DNA from: Octopus sinensis
Lineage: Eukaryota
Direction of reading: 5' to 3'
DNA: 64,000 bases
NCBI RefSeq assembly: GCF_006345805.1
Contig: NC_043008.1
Span: 64,356,001 to 64,420,000 of the forward strand
Shown: positions 61,855 through 64,000 of the stretch, one piece after another
Layout of the letters: each line of letters begins with the position of its first letter
Position numbering within the stretch: position 1 is the first letter of the stretch
Made by a program: the position numbers and the translations under genes
Notes under the pieces: model-generated
The model's input: only the letters and a program-made list of their open reading frames with translations
What the model was told of the DNA's origin: nothing
Databases searched by the model: none

Positions 61855-62872
61855 TTTGGCACAAGGCCATCAGTTTTGATGACGGATAGCGAGTCGATTA
61901 CATCGGTCCCAGTATTTGACTGGTGATTTATTTTATCGACCCCGAAAGGATAAAAAGGCAAGTTGTCCTTCGCGTGATTTGAACTGAGCAACGTAAAGCA
62001 ATTTATCCGACACACTAAAGATTCTGTCACGTCTCCGCCTTCATCTTCTTTAATATTTAAGGCGGCGAGCTGGCAGAGACATTAGCACACCAGGCGAAAT
62101 GCTTAGTGGTATTTCGTCTGCCGCTACATTCTGAGTTCAAATTCCGCCGAGGTCAACTTTGCCTTTCATCCTTTCGGGTTCGATTAAATAAGTACCAGTT
62201 ACGCACTGGGGTCGATATAATCGACTTAATCCGTTTGCCTGTCCTTATTTGTCCCCTCTGTATGTAGCTCCTTGTGGGCAGTAAAGAAAGAGGTATTTCG
62301 TCTGTCTTTGCGTTCTGAGTTCAACTTCCGCCGAGCCCGACTTTGCTTTCATCCTTTCGTGGTCGATAAATTAAGTACTAGTTGCATACTGGAGTCGATC
62401 AAATCGACTTCTCCTTCCCTAAAAATGTCGGGCCTTGTGCCTAGATTAGAACAGAAAATTAGTTTCAAATTTTGGCACAAGGCCAGCAAGTTCGGGGTAA
62501 GGTTAAGTCGATTACATTGACCCCTGGGCTTAACTGGTACTTAATTTATTGACTCCTCTCACCAGAAAAGAAAAAAAAAGAAAAAAGGATAAAAGGTAAA
62601 GTCAATCTCGGTGGCAATTGAAAATTTTAAACTGATATTAACTAAGATGATAGCGTCGAGCTGGCAGAACCCAGAGCACGCCGGGCAAAATGCTCCGCAG
62701 TATTTTGCCTGTCCTTTGGTTCTGAGTTCAAATACTGCCGGGCGGGATCGACTTTGAATTTCATCCTTTCCGGGTCGATAAAATTATTACTAGTGAGCTC
62801 TGGGGTCGTTGTAATCGATTTAGCCCTAGCCCCCTGCTGAAATTGCCGGTCTCGTGCCAAAATTTGAAAATA
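61855..62872. mobile_element. Cluster of SINE family A copies in alternating orientation (-, + dimer, - partial, +)
   Basis: Approximately 61855-62040 (-), 62061-62462 (+, dimer), 62465-62615 (-), 62653-62872 (+). Confidence 0.85.
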
Positions 62873-63674
62873 ATATTAATGAAGTGATAGAAATAAAAAC
62901 TTCTACCTGAGTTTTTTCTTCGTTTCCAAAAATCTCAGTTAATTCACCCTTAAATCATTCAATACAATCTTTAAAAAGTAAATATTGTATCAGATGGTCT
63001 TAGGTACATTACATCTGAATAAATAACAATGTCAGAGTCGTGACTTTAGAATTTGATCATAGTTTTACTCGATATGAGCTGGACCGTTGCGAAACAGTAT
63101 CAACAGAACTAATACTATTAGATATAAGAACATTCTCGATGAAAATAAAATCATTATATGATCCCTTGACGTTAACGGTAGCTAACAATTTTTTTCAAAT
63201 CCCATCCTACCATCAAAAATAAAGAAGGAATATATCAGATATATTCTTAGATGTACTATATCTGAAAAAAAATAAGGGAATAAAAAACAGACTGTATGAT
63301 GTCGACTTGTGTGTCTTCGATCATAAGTCTAAAGAACTGTGGTGACCTGGGGCTAGAAACCAAAAAAGACCAACATCATGGTACCATTTACTTAGGATGA
63401 TGAAGAGAACTCATGAACTCCCCCAAGCAACATTTTACTGATAATTCTGTTCTCTTTTTCACATAGATATCGTATATAGATTTATGTTTATATTTTAGTG
63501 TGTCGAATTAAACATTTGCCCTTAAGTATGTACTTTCTAACAATGTACATTTCTATTTTGCATCCAACAAGTTTATTATGGCAAATTTTTACCTGGAAGC
63601 ATTATCAGGAAATATATTTGTTCATTTTATATATATATATATTATATATATATATATATATATACATACATACG

Positions 63675-63714
<40 letters not shown>

Positions 63715-63883
63715 AATATATATATATATACATGCTTGTAGGGGAATATTTTCGATTTTTGATTCAGTACATCGTTATTAAATCTAAATTCCTGTTCTAT
63801 ATTCGGAATATTATAGAACACGCTGCTAAAATATAGATTATCTCAGAAATACGTGCGTATATACATACATACATACATACATA

Positions 63884-63927
<44 letters not shown>

Positions 63928-63952
63928 TTACATACACACACACATACATACA

Positions 63953-64000
<48 letters not shown>

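Noticed and set aside
3137-64000. Dozens of ORFs rich in YI/CV/HT/LS/E/K/R/I repeats
   Set aside because: They are translations of (TA)n, (TG)n, (CATA)n, (GATA)n, (GAA)n and (AAT)n microsatellites.

Overview
AT-rich, extremely microsatellite- and retroposon-dense animal genomic DNA. The SINE families and repeat landscape look like coleoid cephalopod (Octopus-like) DNA; this taxon call is pattern recognition, not a database result. Most ORFs in the supplied track are artefacts of (TA)n, (CA)n, (AAT)n, (GAA)n, (CATA)n and (GATA)n arrays. The dominant feature is a full-length ~5.85-kb L1/Tx1-clade LINE on the minus strand (49707-55555): intact ORF1 with a CCHC knuckle, and an APE-RT-zinc-finger ORF2 broken by two small lesions. 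It sits inside an (AAT)n microsatellite, and its 3' end resembles the 3' tail of the most abundant SINE family in the window, suggesting a (TTA)n-associated LINE/SINE partnership. Other contents: decayed RTE, CR1-type, RLE (R4/Dong-like) and Penelope retroelements, four mariner relics, one complete decayed Tc1, Helitron pieces, MITE/foldback elements, about 30 SINE copies, two local tandem duplications and a 1.5-kb polypurine array. No host gene could be assembled with confidence; only weak exon candidates are offered. No genuine rRNA, tRNA or CRISPR features were seen.
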